Assembly (NCBI RefSeq): GCF_963921235.1
Contig: NC_086108.1
Location: 37,140,001 to 37,204,000 of the forward strand
Source: Mobula hypostoma
Lineage: Eukaryota
Reading direction: 5' to 3'
Length of the DNA: 64,000 nt
The notes under the pieces are model-generated. The model had not been told where the DNA came from. It saw only the letters and a program-made list of their open reading frames with translations, and did not search any database. Each line of letters starts with the position of its first letter. Within the stretch, counting starts at the first letter, position 1. This document shows, in pieces, positions 26,161 to 38,432 of this stretch. The translations under genes and the position numbers were made by a program.

Positions 26161-27779
26161 CCCCTTTCACTGTTCCACTATTACTGCCTTTGCTATAACA
26201 ACCAAAAAAAAATGGAAAATTAAGCATCCACTTCTGGTTCTTTCTCAACTAAATCTTTATTGTAGTCTTCAGAGTTGTCCTCATTTTGAGAAAGGCACAT
26301 TAACTTCAGTTGGTGCTTGGAATTCCTTAAACTATTCCAACTTAACATGAGCATTATGGTCTTATCAATTTTCAAGTACCTACAAAATAAGTTTTGTACC
26401 ATCTACAGCTGTACAATCCATCATACACCTTCCTTAAGGTGTGATTTCGACTTACACTTGTATGTACAACTGAAATTCTAGGCCACAATGTTTAATGAGA
26501 GAAACTTAGTTTTAAAAGGGTTCCTTATTGTGAACATCATCAGTTCTTGATGTTCTGAATGAGTTGTTAAAATTTAGTTTTTATCATTGATTTAAATAAT
26601 ATTGAACTCAAATCGTAAACATTTTTTCGTATTATAGTCACTACATGGCTGTGTACTACACACAATCCTTTGATTTCCATCGAATATTTGAACAATGCCA
26701 AATACAAATTCCTTTGGCACTGTGAGTTTGTTAATGTGATATTTATAAAAGGTCAATTGACTACATTTCTTTTTTGTTTCCCCTTTTGTTCCCTGTTTTA
26801 TGAAGGCATATTCAGAATTACCATTTAAACTTGTTAAATCATGCATGACATTTTGCTTTGTTTCCTCGTTGACAGTCACATAGCTTATCTTCCTAATTTG
26901 ATGTTAGTATTGATTAAGAAAGCAATGATATTGGCTGATAAATATCAGAATAGATCCTTGTTCCCATATAATTTGAAGTATTTTCATTTAAGTCCTTTTC
27001 AGACTGTCACAATTCTCCAACATTTGAACAAGAAAATTAAATTTTACATTAGTAGTGAATATTACCAACTTTTTTGTATATATACTTTTTGAATGAAATG
27101 TGCTCTTAATAGATTTAGCCTGAAGTTTTTCTGTGATGGATGTCTGTGAATTATTGTGCAGGTAAGTGCACATAAACCGAAGATCAGAAACTTATTTCTT
27201 CAAATCTATAAACCCATACAAAATATTATATGGAAAAATTTCATAATTTCACAGAAGCCTGAATACAAAACTTTTCAATAAACACTGAGTAGACATTGAT
27301 TTGATTTCAACTTGTTATTAAAAACTGGTGACCTTGGATCTGTAAAAATCCTCACATAATATTCCTTCAATCATGCCTGAAAGGGATCTGTTGAAACTTG
27401 GAATCTTGTCTAATCAGCTTTTAGTTTTCAACATTGTTTGGCTGAATAACATTGCAGCTCCCACGAATTGGCAGATGAGTGATGCAAGCCACAGTTCACT
27501 CGTGACTGTCCCATGAATTAGTTGGCTGATCAGAAGCTCCAGCATATATCAGCTAATGTTTCAGACTACATCTAAGAGAGAGTCTCTCCATTTGAGACAC
27601 TGGGCTGGAAAACATTCTCACTTACAAGTTTTAATGATGGAACTGAATATCAGGAAGTAAGTTCCTTTGATAATCAATGTTTATTTCTTTTTTTTTGAAT
27701 GAAAGATATTGAACGAGGGCTCAAAATACTTATACACAAGGAAGTTAAAGTTTGCTGTCACTAATTTAAAAGATCCTCA

Positions 27780-28335
27780 GGAACTCTTCCCCAAAAGTGA
27801 GGAATGAGTCGATGTTTGACTGATTCAAGTGTTGGGCCAGATTGGGAAGTTGGGTATGGCTGAACTGAGGTGGCAGGACCCAGGCCCGAGAGCATATTGA
27901 AGCGGCAGGGCCTGAGTCCGGGAGTGAGGAACAAGCTGATGTTTGGCTGATTTAAGTGCCGGGCCAGATTGAAAAGGTCAGGGTTTGGGGCTGGAAGCGA
28001 GGTACAGGCCAGTGTTCAGCTTGCTGCTTGGCGAGGTTTACTCGCCTATGCGCTGAACTGAGGCAGTGGCCTGCAACTAACGGGCTCCTGGATCAGTTGT
28101 GACTGGCCTTGTGGCTGTGAACTCACTTTCACGAACTTTAGTTCTGAGTGTTATTTGCTTACCTTTCATTGTTTGCACAATTTGTTCTTTTTTTTTGCAC
28201 AGTGGGTGTTTAATGGTTTCATTTTTTCATGGGTTCTATTGAGTTTCTTTGTTTTGTGGCTGCCCGTAAGAAGATGAATCTCAAAGATGTATACTGTATA
28301 TACAGTCTGATAACAAATTTACTTCGAACTTTGAT
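27780..28335 (+). mobile_element. Non-autonomous retroelement with Rex1-type 3' tail
   Basis: Internal repeat GATGTTTGRCTGATTYAAGTGYYGGGCCAGATTG present twice; the tail AAGAAGATGAATCTCAAAGATGTATA..GATAACAAATTTACTT resembles the Rex1-like 3' end at 34730-34800 (reverse). Confidence 0.55.
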
Positions 28336-29374
28336 GCCCAGCCCAATTAAAATTAATTGGGAAAAACACAATTGCAGATGCTGGAAATATGAAATAAAAA
28401 CACAAAACTACTGAAGATGTTCAGCAGGTCAGGCAGCATTAGTGGCAGGAGAGACAGAGTTCATGCTTCAGAAGCAGAAAAGTGAGTAAACATGCTTGCT
28501 TTAGGTTGAAGAAAACAAAGGAAATGTCTGCAATAGGATAGAGATCAAGGATGTCCAGATGAGACAGTGATCTGAGGGTTGCAACAAGCCTTACTGTTCC
28601 TCAAACTTGTGTTGAGTTTTGTTGGAACAGAACAGGAGTTCAAAGATGGAGGGGTCAGATTGGGAGCAATTTGAAAACTAAACAGATAGGCAAATGGAAG
28701 CTTGGGGTCACTCTAGAGAACGGAATGGACGTGCCAATCCGTGTTTGGTCTTCCAAAGTAAGCAGACCATATTGTGAGCACTGTATGCAATGCTAGGGAG
28801 GCTACGGAGATCTTGACCCACAGCTACCCTCTCACTTTATCCCTTACCACCATTCAGGGACCCAAACTAGGAGCAATTCACTTGCATTTTTTCCTATGCA
28901 GCATGTTCCATTTAGAGCTCATCATGTGGTGTTCTTATAGACTGGGTAACTGTTTTGCAAACTGCCCCAGTTCAGTCTGCAAAGGTGCCTCTGACTTTCC
29001 AGATGGTTGTCATCATAATTTTCCAACTATTTCCTGTCTTTGACCTCTTATACTCTTCCAATGATTCCAATGTAAGCTCAAGGAACAGAACCTCATCTGC
29101 TTCCTGGAACTTGATATTGAATTTAATAATTTCAGATAGCTATCTTTCCTGTTTATATAAACACTGTCCTTTTCTGATACATGGCCATCCATCTGTAACA
29201 ATAATGCAGTTTTTCTCCCTCTTCACCTCCTATCTGACCTGCCAGCTCTTTTTGGCATCCTATTTTTCTTCAAATTTCCATCCATTACTATATTCGATAC
29301 CTCAAGGTCTCATGCGTTTGTTTGTTTCTTTCCTCCATCTAATCATATCCATCAATAAACCAGATGGTATCAAA

Positions 29375-30970
29375 ACCACTGGGTGGCGGGGTGGTGATAT
29401 ATCTCTACCAAAGGAGGTGTAAGACACTCCTTCCTTCCGCTTGCCTGCAGGTCACGCTTGGAAATGTTTTAGTCCCCTAATCACAGCATGTGAAGCCCTG
29501 GGAGCAGGTTGTGGATGGTCATATGACATCTGGTGCATATCACAAGTCCTGGTTATGTGACCACTAACGCCAAGTAGACACTCCCTGAAAAGTACTGATA
29601 ATGGCTGGGGTCCCTCATCTTTTAAAGACATCACCCAGAAGAAGGCAATGGCAAACCACTTCTTTGGAAAAATTTGCCAAGAACAATCATGGTCATGACT
29701 GCCTACGTCAGTGGTCCCCAACCACCGGGCCGCGGACCGGTACCGGGCTGCAGAGCATGCGCTACTGGGCCGTGAGGAAACGATATGATTTGGCGATATG
29801 AGTCAGCTGCACCTTTCCTCATTCCCTGTCACGCACCGTTGAGCTTGAACGCACACGAGGTCATTACGCACACATCATCCATGTCAGCGCGGGAAGGAGA
29901 TCAACTCCTTGAGCTTGCAAATGACGGTGGGCTGAAAAGTATGTTTGACATAACATCTCTGCCGGCATTCTGGATCAAAGTCAAGGCTAAATATCCTGAG
30001 GTAGCCACGAAAGCACTGAAAACGTTGCTTCCATTTCCAACGTATCTCTGCAATGAATGCAACGAAAACTAAATTGCAGAATAGACTGGACATAAGGAAC
30101 CCCCTTCGAGTATCGCTGTCTCCCATCACCCCTCGATAAGACCGCCTTGTTGCAGGGAACAAGTATGCGGCCCAGGGCTCCCACTGATTCAGCAATATTG
30201 GTGTGTTACAATTATTTTATATGTTCATACGGGGAAAATATGTGCTGTGTGTTTGATATCCAAACATTACTTAAAATGTTATGATGCTATTGACTTATAT
30301 AACCATATAACAATTACAGCACGGAAACAGGCGATCTCGGCCCTTCTAGTTCATGCCGAACGTTACTCTCACCTAGTCCCACCGACCTGCACTCAGCCCA
30401 CAACCCTCTATTCCTTTCCTGTCTATATAGCTATTCAATTTTTCTTTAAATGATAATATCGAACCTGCCTCTACCACTTCTACTGAAAGTTTGTTCAACA
30501 CTTACTTCAAGCTCCCCTGTCCTCCCCTGATAATTGACTTATCACTAGATGCATGCGAGGAAAATATGCGCTGTGTGTTTAATGTTAATTTCGTTAGCTA
30601 AACCCTTTTAGAAATGAAACTGAGTGTATTAGCCACTTATCATCTATATTCCAGTCGTGATAACACCCCCACCCCCGAACAGAATTTTCCAAAAATGATT
30701 TGTGGATAAAAAAAATCGGCACGTACACACATGCGCAGGTTACACATGCGCACTGGTGCCGCGCAAGGATTCATGGTCATGGTAGCCTTTCTCGGGGTAA
30801 ACACAACATATTTGACTGCTATTCTTGTCTGTAGGCAACCCTCCCCCCCCCACCCCCCGGTCGGCCGGTCTGCAAGAATATTGTCAATATTAAACCGGTC
30901 CGTAGTGTGAAAAAGGTTGGGGACCCCTGGCCTACGTCATACGACATGGAACATAAGGATGTTGATGATG
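29375..30970 (+). mobile_element. SINE-like element with RTE-like tail, split by a hAT insertion
   Basis: GAAGAAGGCAATGGCAAACCACTTC..TGCCAAGAACA motif; the sequence continues across the GCCTACGT duplication to a GAT-repeat tail. Confidence 0.55.
29709..30929 (+). mobile_element. Non-autonomous hAT (Charlie-like) element, 1221 bp
   Basis: TIRs CAGTGGTCCCCAACC and GGTTGGGGACCCCTG; perfect 8-bp TSD GCCTACGT at 29701-29708 and 30930-30937; transposase C-terminal remnant SLPAFWIKVKAKYPEVATKALKTLLPFPTYLC. Confidence 0.93.
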
Positions 30971-31465
30971 AACAAAATTAGTTTAAGCTAATCTGCACCC
31001 TACCAAAGACATGCCCTTTGGTTGTTCTACTCCATCTACCCCTCTAAAACTTAATATACACTGTTTTTTCACATTTCTAATTCTGATGGAAAATCATAGA
31101 TCTAAAATCTTAACTCGGATTTGCTCTCCACAGATCTGCCAAACCCTCTGAGTATTTCCCTCTCTGTTTTATTTACCTCACCTAGCACAGCACCTTCTGA
31201 GTCTATGACTCCATTATTTCATTGTGTTTGTGGGAACCTGCAGTGGGCAGGTTAGTTGAAGTATTTCCATTAATATAACAGTGACTACAATTTCACAAGT
31301 TTTAATTAACAATAAAATGATATAATGGATATCCTGAAGCCATATAAATTAAAGTTGATTTTATTTTGAAATAATACTGCAAAAAGCATACAAAATAATT
31401 GCGACCTTTCCTTTTTTTAAAAAAATAGGGCCCAGGGTTAGTATTGACAAAAGCTCCTTATACAG

Positions 31466-31678
31466 GTGTGAGGAAATCTGCAGATGCTGGAAATTCAAGC
31501 AACACACACAAAAAATGCTGGTGGAACGCAGCAGACCATGCAGCACCTATAGGAAGAGGTACAGTCGACGTTTCAGTTAGCCCTGATGAAGGGTCCCGGC
31601 CCGAAATGTCAACTGTACCTCTTTCTATAGATGCTGCCTGGCCTGCTGCATTCCACCAGCATTTTTTTGTGTGTGTTG
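31466..31678. mobile_element. Fold-back PLE-derived mini-element with hammerhead motif
   Basis: Long inverted arms; 8-bp TSD TTATACAG at 31458-31465 and 31679-31686. Confidence 0.82.
31578..31615 (+). ncRNA. Minimal type I hammerhead ribozyme-like motif (degenerate)
   Basis: CTGATGA (31583-31589), A, GGGTCCCGGCCC stem II, GAAA (31603-31606), T, GTC, AACTG. Confidence 0.6.
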
Positions 31679-31687
31679 TTATACAGA

Positions 31688-32242
31688 TGTAACACCCTGG
31701 GAAAGGGTTCACTGCTGATGTAATGGCTTCTCTGTAGCTGCAGTGTTTGGGTTATGACTAGTGATAATGGAGGCTGAGGAATGTGCGCTGGCCAATGATG
31801 GGAGGCGTTTTTCTTTCTTATGTGCCCAAGAGAAGGGATTTTGTGGTCTTTTGTTGGCGAGAGATGAAGAAAGTGGAGGGAGTTGGTAGACTGCAGAATG
31901 GAGTGGACTTGGAGTGAGGGCCTGGGAGTCAAAGGCGCTCGGAGGAGGTCGATGGGAACGAAGGGACAGAAAACCATGAGCTCCAACGTGCACATTAGAC
32001 TGTTTCATTTACATGGGCCCTTTTTTCTTTTTGCTTTCTTAGCTAACCCTATAGTAAAATTAAGAATTATAAAGCTCAATCGTATAATTGCTTATGGTGT
32101 ACTGTTTGATATTTTGTGATATGAATTTTTAACTGGGCAACGCATCATGCAGCATCCACACAGACAAGATTTCTCAAGTTAGGTGGGGCCGGAGGCTGTC
32201 TTCTCCGAGACAAACGCAGGTTGGCCAAACCTGAGGGTTACA
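31688..32242. mobile_element. Solo LTR (555 bp)
   Basis: TGTAAC...GTTACA inverted termini; flanks CAGA / TAGA (3 of 4 match). Confidence 0.75.
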
Positions 32243-33129
32243 TAGACAACTGCCGGGTGTTGGAGTCACCACGTGAACCTCCTCAGGTTTATTAAATTGA
32301 CTCTGAATGGTAGTATTACTGCTGTGGAGATGCCTTTTAAGAACACTTATCCATGTGGTGTGCATGAGGTAGGCCAAGAAGGAATAATACTAATCACAGA
32401 TGAGGAAATGTTTTTCATTAAAAAGAAAGGTAAATATTTTATTCAATAACTAATAACATTTCCTTCAGGATTATCCTCCTGCCAAAGTTCTCCTGTTTAG
32501 CTCAGTTAGAAACATAATCCTATTCCTTACGGCACAATTAAGACCAGTCTTGAGGACACTGTGAAATGAAAGCATCACATAATATTTATACAGAAACTCA
32601 TTTACATAATATTTATCTGTATAAAATTAACCTTTAATATGACATTGCTTATTAAACTTATTATCCTTTCATAATCTCCTCGTGTTTTTCCATCTTGCAA
32701 AAATATGGATTTTCTTTAATTTATGTGCATCAGGATGTTTTATTTCAAATATAATCCAACAATTTTGATGGATTTACTAAATTAGAAGGTTCCTATCTAA
32801 GCACCTGTGGACTTGCCCATGGCTTATTATCTGAGATAAATTAAAAGTTGACTCTGGTTTGCTAAGGAGAAGTGGGTAGGTTATCCACAAAGTAATCTGT
32901 TTGCTGAAAGTTGCACTTCATTCTATGCATTGGCGGTGATGCACTGAATTACAGTTAATGCCTAATTGAAGAGCCACTTACATGTACCACACAATAATAT
33001 GCTGAGATACTCAGAGCAACAGAGATGCTCAGCAGAAGTCTGTGCCCAACATTAACTTCCTATCTGCACTAAGCCTAAATTAATTCTATTTAATTCTCCC
33101 CACTATCATCAATGTCCCCTTATTTTCTA

Positions 33130-33335
33130 CGGTTCACTTACACTCTGGGGGGGGGGGGCTGGGCTATTTACAATGGTCAATTAACTTATAAACCTGCACA
33201 TCTGTAGGAATCAAGAGGAAACTGGAGCACCTGGAGGAAACCCACATGGTCACAGCTGTAAACACGGAAAATCCACTCTGTGGTCAGGATTGAATGTCGG
33301 TCACTGGAGCTGTTAGACAGCAGCTCTACCAACTT
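33130..33335 (-). mobile_element. V-domain SINE remnant
   Basis: GAGGAAACTGGAGCACCTGGAGGAAACCCACATGGTCACAG plus a B-box-like GGATTGAA on the reverse strand. Confidence 0.6.
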
Positions 33336-33514
33336 CACCATGAGCAAATAACCAGGACTGGAAAAGTTGGAACAGCCTGCTATTCTATGAGTACACCTTC
33401 CCCCCAAACCTCCACCTCCCCTCCCCCTCCACACACCCCTCCCCAGTATAATTAAATGTTCTGCAAAGCACTGTGTTAACATTTTGCAGCCCATGTTAGA
33501 ACATTAACATGTTT

Positions 33515-33745
33515 GTGTTGGGCACGTGGCCAAGTGGTTAAGGCGTTCACCTAGTTACCTCAAGATCGCTAGTTTGAGCCTCAACTGTGGCAGCGTGTTT
33601 GTGTCCTTGAGCAAGGCTCTTAATCACACATTACTCTTGTCTGTGCGAGGAGTGGCGCCGCACATAGGCTTCCAATCTGCGCCTTGTAAGGCATGAAAAT
33701 GCCCGGCACAGGCCTCTCATGGTCTGAGTTGACGTTCCCTCCTCC
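33515..33745 (+). mobile_element. tRNA-derived SINE
   Basis: A box TGGCCAAGTGG, B-box-like GTTTGAGCC, CORE-like GTGTCCTTGAGCAAGGC; second copy at 56200-56435. Confidence 0.85.
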
Positions 33746-34729
33746 TTAGAACAATAAGACTCCCTGTTTCCCTGTTATACTTTTTATTAGCTGGGCATCA
33801 CTTGTGAAGTATATGCACATTGATTATAGGAACAGGACAATAATTTTGAAAGAGTTTGCCAAAAAAGTAAAATGCTACATTCCAATGTAGGTTGTGCAAT
33901 TATTTAGTGGCTTTTTGCTACAAATATGACCCGCCAACCATAATTTTGTACTTACAGCAACACATGTACATCAACCTGAGCAGTTCACTAGGAGTGAAGA
34001 AGAAATATTATGACTAAGACAAACATTTGAAATGCAATGCTATTTATAAAATGTATTTGTGTGGTGCTAAAGGCATGCTGAATGTCAGCAAACATAGGTT
34101 TCCTTACCGCTGCCTGCTCTGGTCATTATTCAATTCTGTAGGTGGGGTCTCATTGTTTGAAAATTGGCCAATGCGTTTCCACGCCTTTTTCTTTTTCTCC
34201 TAGGCTTCTCACATTCGTACATTACTACCACAAAAGCATTTCAAAAGTATTTACCTTATCTCCATCAGACCACCTGGTCATTTCACTTCCTTTGCCGCAC
34301 AAGTTTGTGCATTTATTTTAGCTCCCTACTTCTCTGCATACTGGCTTTATCCAAAATATTTCACTTCATTACCTTTTCCTTCCAGTTTTCCAAAGCACAG
34401 TCTAAGCATATGTTTTTTCCATTAACTTTTAACTCTAATTAGAGAAAAGTCTTCAATTACTAATTGGACAACTTTGTTAATTTTGTTAACATTGTTAATT
34501 TTGGACCTTTCAGCTATTTTGAAGGTAGGGAAAAGGGACAAATTCTTTGACAGTGTACCAAATTGATAAACTTCAATGCAACTTTAATACATCATGATTC
34601 AGAGGATTTTCCATTCAATTTCCATTTTATTACAATGTCTGGAGGATTATTAGCTCCCCTGGAAGTTTGAATGGTTGACATTTTTAGCATACTAATTAAT
34701 GCGCTTGTGTTAATTTTTTATTCAGGGTT

Positions 34730-34933
34730 CACAGTTCAAAGTAAATTTATTGTCAAACTACATATATGTCACTATATACAACCCAAAGATTGATCTCGTT
34801 GTGGGTGGGCAGACTCAATAAATCTACGGAATAATAATCAGAAAAGGATCAGTGAAAGGCTGTCCAACTTGGGCATTCAACAGAGTGCAAAAGGCAACAA
34901 ACTGTGCAAATACAAAAGAAGAAATAATAATAA

Positions 34934-34976
<43 letters not shown>

Positions 34977-35810
34977 GCAATACATATCAAGAACATGAGA
35001 TGAAGAGTCCTTGAAAGCGAGTCCATAGGTTGTGGTGACATTTCAATGATGGGTCAAGTGAAGTTGAGCGAAGTTATCCCCTCTGGCTCAAGAGCCTGAT
35101 GGTTGAGGGTAATAAATGTTCCTGAACCTGTGGTGTGAGTCCTGAGGCTTCTGTACCTTCTTCCTGATGGCAGCAGTAAGAAGAGAGGATGTCCTGGATC
35201 GTGAGGGTCCCTGACGATGGATGGTCCTTTCCTGTGACAATGATCTGTGTAGGTGTGCTCAATGATGGGGAGCACATTGCCCGTGATGGACTGGGCCATA
35301 AACACTACTTTTTTGTAGGATTTTCTGTCAAGTGCATTGGTGTTTCCATACTATGCCGTGACGCAGCCAGTCAATATATTCTCCACTACACAGCTATTGA
35401 AGTTTGTCAAAGTTTTAATTGCCATGCCGAATCTCGCAACCTCCTAAGGTATTAGAGGCACTCTTTGTAATTACACTTATGTGGTGGGCCCAGGGCAGAT
35501 CCTCCGAAAAGTTAACACTGAAGAATTTAAAGTTGCCAATCCTCTCCACCTCCGACAAGGACTGGCTGATGGCCCTCTGGATTCCTTCACCTGAAGTCTA
35601 TAGTCAGTTCCTTGATCTTTCAGATATTGGGTAAGAGGTTGTTGTTCTGGCACCACACAGCCCGATTTTCAATTTCCCTCCTATAGGCTGATTCATCACC
35701 ACCTTTGATTCTGCCTACAGCAATGGTGTGGGCAGCAAACTTGAATACGGCATTGGAGCTGTGCTTAGCCACACAGTCATAAGTATAGAGTGAGAATAGC
35801 TGGGCACTGC
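34730..35810 (-). mobile_element. Rex1/Babar-like LINE 3' portion
   Basis: LFSLYTYDCVAKHSSNAVFKFAAHT..GDESAYRREIE..WCQNNNLLPN; HPLFLLLPSGRRYRSLRTHT; 3' UTR. Confidence 0.85.
34922..34976. repeat. (AAT)n/(AAAT)n microsatellite inside the Rex1-like 3' UTR
   Basis: Read directly from the sequence. Confidence 0.95.
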
Positions 35811-36649
35811 AGCTGTACAAGCTCCAAGGCTCCCAAAAGACCTCTGGAGTCTCCACACCCCTGAAAATAAGCAGTTTGTGATGTTATCAGATATAAATGA
35901 GGATTGGGTGTGATTTTACCAAGTGTGACTAAGCAGGCCTTCCTCAAAAGGTTTGGGAACCAATGATCTAATACATTATCTGTAGGGTCATAAAGTGCTT
36001 TCCCTGTGAATCTTCTCTGAAAACCACAACTTTGAAATTCAAGCTTCACAGTTCCGAATTATTGCAACTTGATTTACCCCAGTTTCGTTCCTATTTTCTT
36101 TTCTTTTTTTAGCATTCTGCATGTTTCCTCAGCACGGAGAGGTATTCATGTATAAGATTTATATAATGGTGAATTAACTTTAATTACAAAACACATACTT
36201 AAAAGACTTATCACAGTTATCCACTCATTCCTGCTTATCTGTAAATATAATGAGATAATTTGAGTATGCAAATACCCTGCAACCTTCAACACCTGACTGA
36301 AACATATTGAAGTGTTTTTGAAGTAAAGCAGCACTGTATGGTGTATCAGGAGTCTAATGAACTATTCTTTTAATGGTCCTATTCATTTAAGCACATCAAA
36401 TGATAGTTTCCAGGTGACGTACTCAAGGGATAATTTAATTGGTTATCTATTGGTAGGGCCAGTGAGACAGGGAAGACCATCAGTATTTAAGCTCCTGGTT
36501 TCCTGTCTAATTAAGAAAAGCAAAAGCTTTTTTTTCTGGCTAATTCAGAACACTTTCTTGAGGATCAAGGAGTAAGATGCTTTAACATGGAATTATCCAG
36601 CTGAAAGGAAATGGAAATTTTAAAAGTCATTTTAACTGCAACTTGCTTT

Positions 36650-37165
36650 ATTACTGTCTGGTATGGAGGGGCTACTACACAGGACTGAAAGAAGCTGCAA
36701 AAGGTTGTAAATCTAGTCAGCTCCATCTTGGGTACGAGCCTACAAAGGACCCAGGACATCTTCAGGCAACGGTGTCTCAGAAAGGCAGTGTCCATTATTA
36801 AGGACCTCCAGCACCTAGGGCATGTCCTTTTCTCACTGTTACCATCAGGTAGGAGGTACAGAAGCCTGAAGGCACACACTCAGTGATTCAGGAACAGCTT
36901 CTTTCCCTCTGCCATCTGATTCCTAAATGGAAATTGAATCTTCGGACACTAGCACACTTTTTAAAAAATATATATAGTATTTCTGTTTTTGTGTGTTTTT
37001 TTTAATCTACTCAATATATGTAATTGATTTACTTGTTTATTTATTATTATTATTTTTATTTTACTTATTTTTTTCTCTGCTAGATTATGTATTGCATTGA
37101 ACTGCTGCTGCTAAGTTAACAAATTTCACGTCACATGCCAGTGATAATAAACCTGATTCTGATAC
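36650..37165 (+). mobile_element. Rex1-like LINE 3' fragment
   Basis: ITVWYGG..KKLQKVVNL..SIIKDLQH..LFSLLPSGRRYRSLKAHT..FRNSFFP; tail GATAATAAACCTGATTCTGAT. Confidence 0.85.
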
Positions 37166-37249
37166 TGAGCACTGAAGGAGATTTCCTCCTGTCACATTTG
37201 AATGTTGTTTGGGAATGGTGTCTTTTGTTTTGTGGTTTAGTTTTACAGC

Positions 37250-37512
37250 ATGGAGTAGGGCCTTTGAGTTACACTGCCTCAGCACCCCTACGACCGTGAT
37301 TAAACTTAACCTAATTGTGGGATAATTTACGATGACTAATGAACCTATCTGGTACGTATTTGGACTGTGGGAAGAAACCGGAGCACCCAGGGAAAACCCA
37401 TGCATTCCACGGGGAGAATGTACAGAGGCTCCTTACAGAACAGCACTGGAACTGAACTCCAGAACACTGCGAGCTGTAACGGCATTGTGCCAACTGCTAT
37501 GCTACTTTAGCC
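37250..37512 (-). mobile_element. V-domain SINE
   Basis: GTGGGAAGAAACCGGAGCACCCAGGGAAAACCCATGCATTCCACGGGGAGAATGTACAGA. Confidence 0.65.
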
Positions 37513-37694
37513 ATGTGCCATCTGGGTCCAGCAGCCTTAACAAATATTGCCCATGTTAAAACTGTGTCAATGCAGTATATATTGACAGGCACTTTGAGTT
37601 TGGTGTCCTTTTGGTTATCAATAATGCAGCCTTTAGTGGTGATACAGCCTTTTGCTCTTATGCACCAAAAATCTGGGATGCTCTACCAACTCAA

Positions 37695-38432
37695 AGCTAA
37701 TCAATACGCTCCAAGACCTTGACCTCAATACTTGTGCAATTGGGTGCTTGATTTCCTCACTTGCAGACCCCAGTCAGTTCAGATTGGCAATATTTCCTCC
37801 ACAATCACTGTCGGTACAGGTGCACCACAAGTCTGTGTGCTTAGCCCCCTGCGCTACTCACTTTACACTTATGTCTGTGTGGCTAAGCACAGCTCCAGTG
37901 CCACATTCAAGTTTGCTGACAACACCAATGTCATATGCTGAATCAAAGGTATTAATGAATCAGCACATAGTAGGGTGATTGAAAATCTGGCTGAGTGGTG
38001 CCATAACAACAAACTCTTACTCAATGTCACCAAGACCAAGAAGCTGATTATTGACTTCAGGAGAAGGAAAGCAGAGATCCACGAGCCAGAGATGAAGAAG
38101 GTTGGCAACTTTAAATTCCTCAGTGTTACTATTTCAGAGAACCTATCCCTGTCCCCATAACCTAATCTGACCCCTAATCCTCTGCCTGTCTCCAAAACCA
38201 TCCCACTGAATCTACAAACACAACTAAGTCGGAACCACGACCTCAATGGAGATCACAGCTCAGCAGCATCCTAACCGGACTAGATCTGAAAGGCCCATGA
38301 ACACTACCTCGTTATATGTCTTGTAAGCTATTTACTTATAGTTCACAGTAATTTTTATGCCTGGCACTGTGCTGCCGCTGGAAAGCAACAAATTTTGCAA
38401 CATATATCATTGATAATAAACCTGATTCTGAT
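37695..38432 (+). mobile_element. Rex1-like LINE RT fragment with tail
   Basis: [65 protein letters not shown]. Confidence 0.85.

Larger units (their letters stand above)
28365..31170. mobile_element. Old PLE remnants (minus about 28365-28790; plus about 28790-29350 and 30975-31170) hosting later insertions
   Basis: TGCAGATGCTGGAAAT..CAGCAGGTCAGGCAGCAT terminus; degenerate GIY-YIG region (TTIQGPK, RLGNCFAN, AAGCTCAAGGAACAGAACCTCATC). Confidence 0.55.

Noticed and set aside
26220..27173. Cluster of 60-95 aa ORFs in AT-rich unique sequence
   Set aside because: They do not join into a coherent product and resemble nothing I can identify.
33515..33590. tRNA gene
   Set aside because: A and B boxes are present, but it is the head of a SINE with a second copy and a TSD; no complete cloverleaf.
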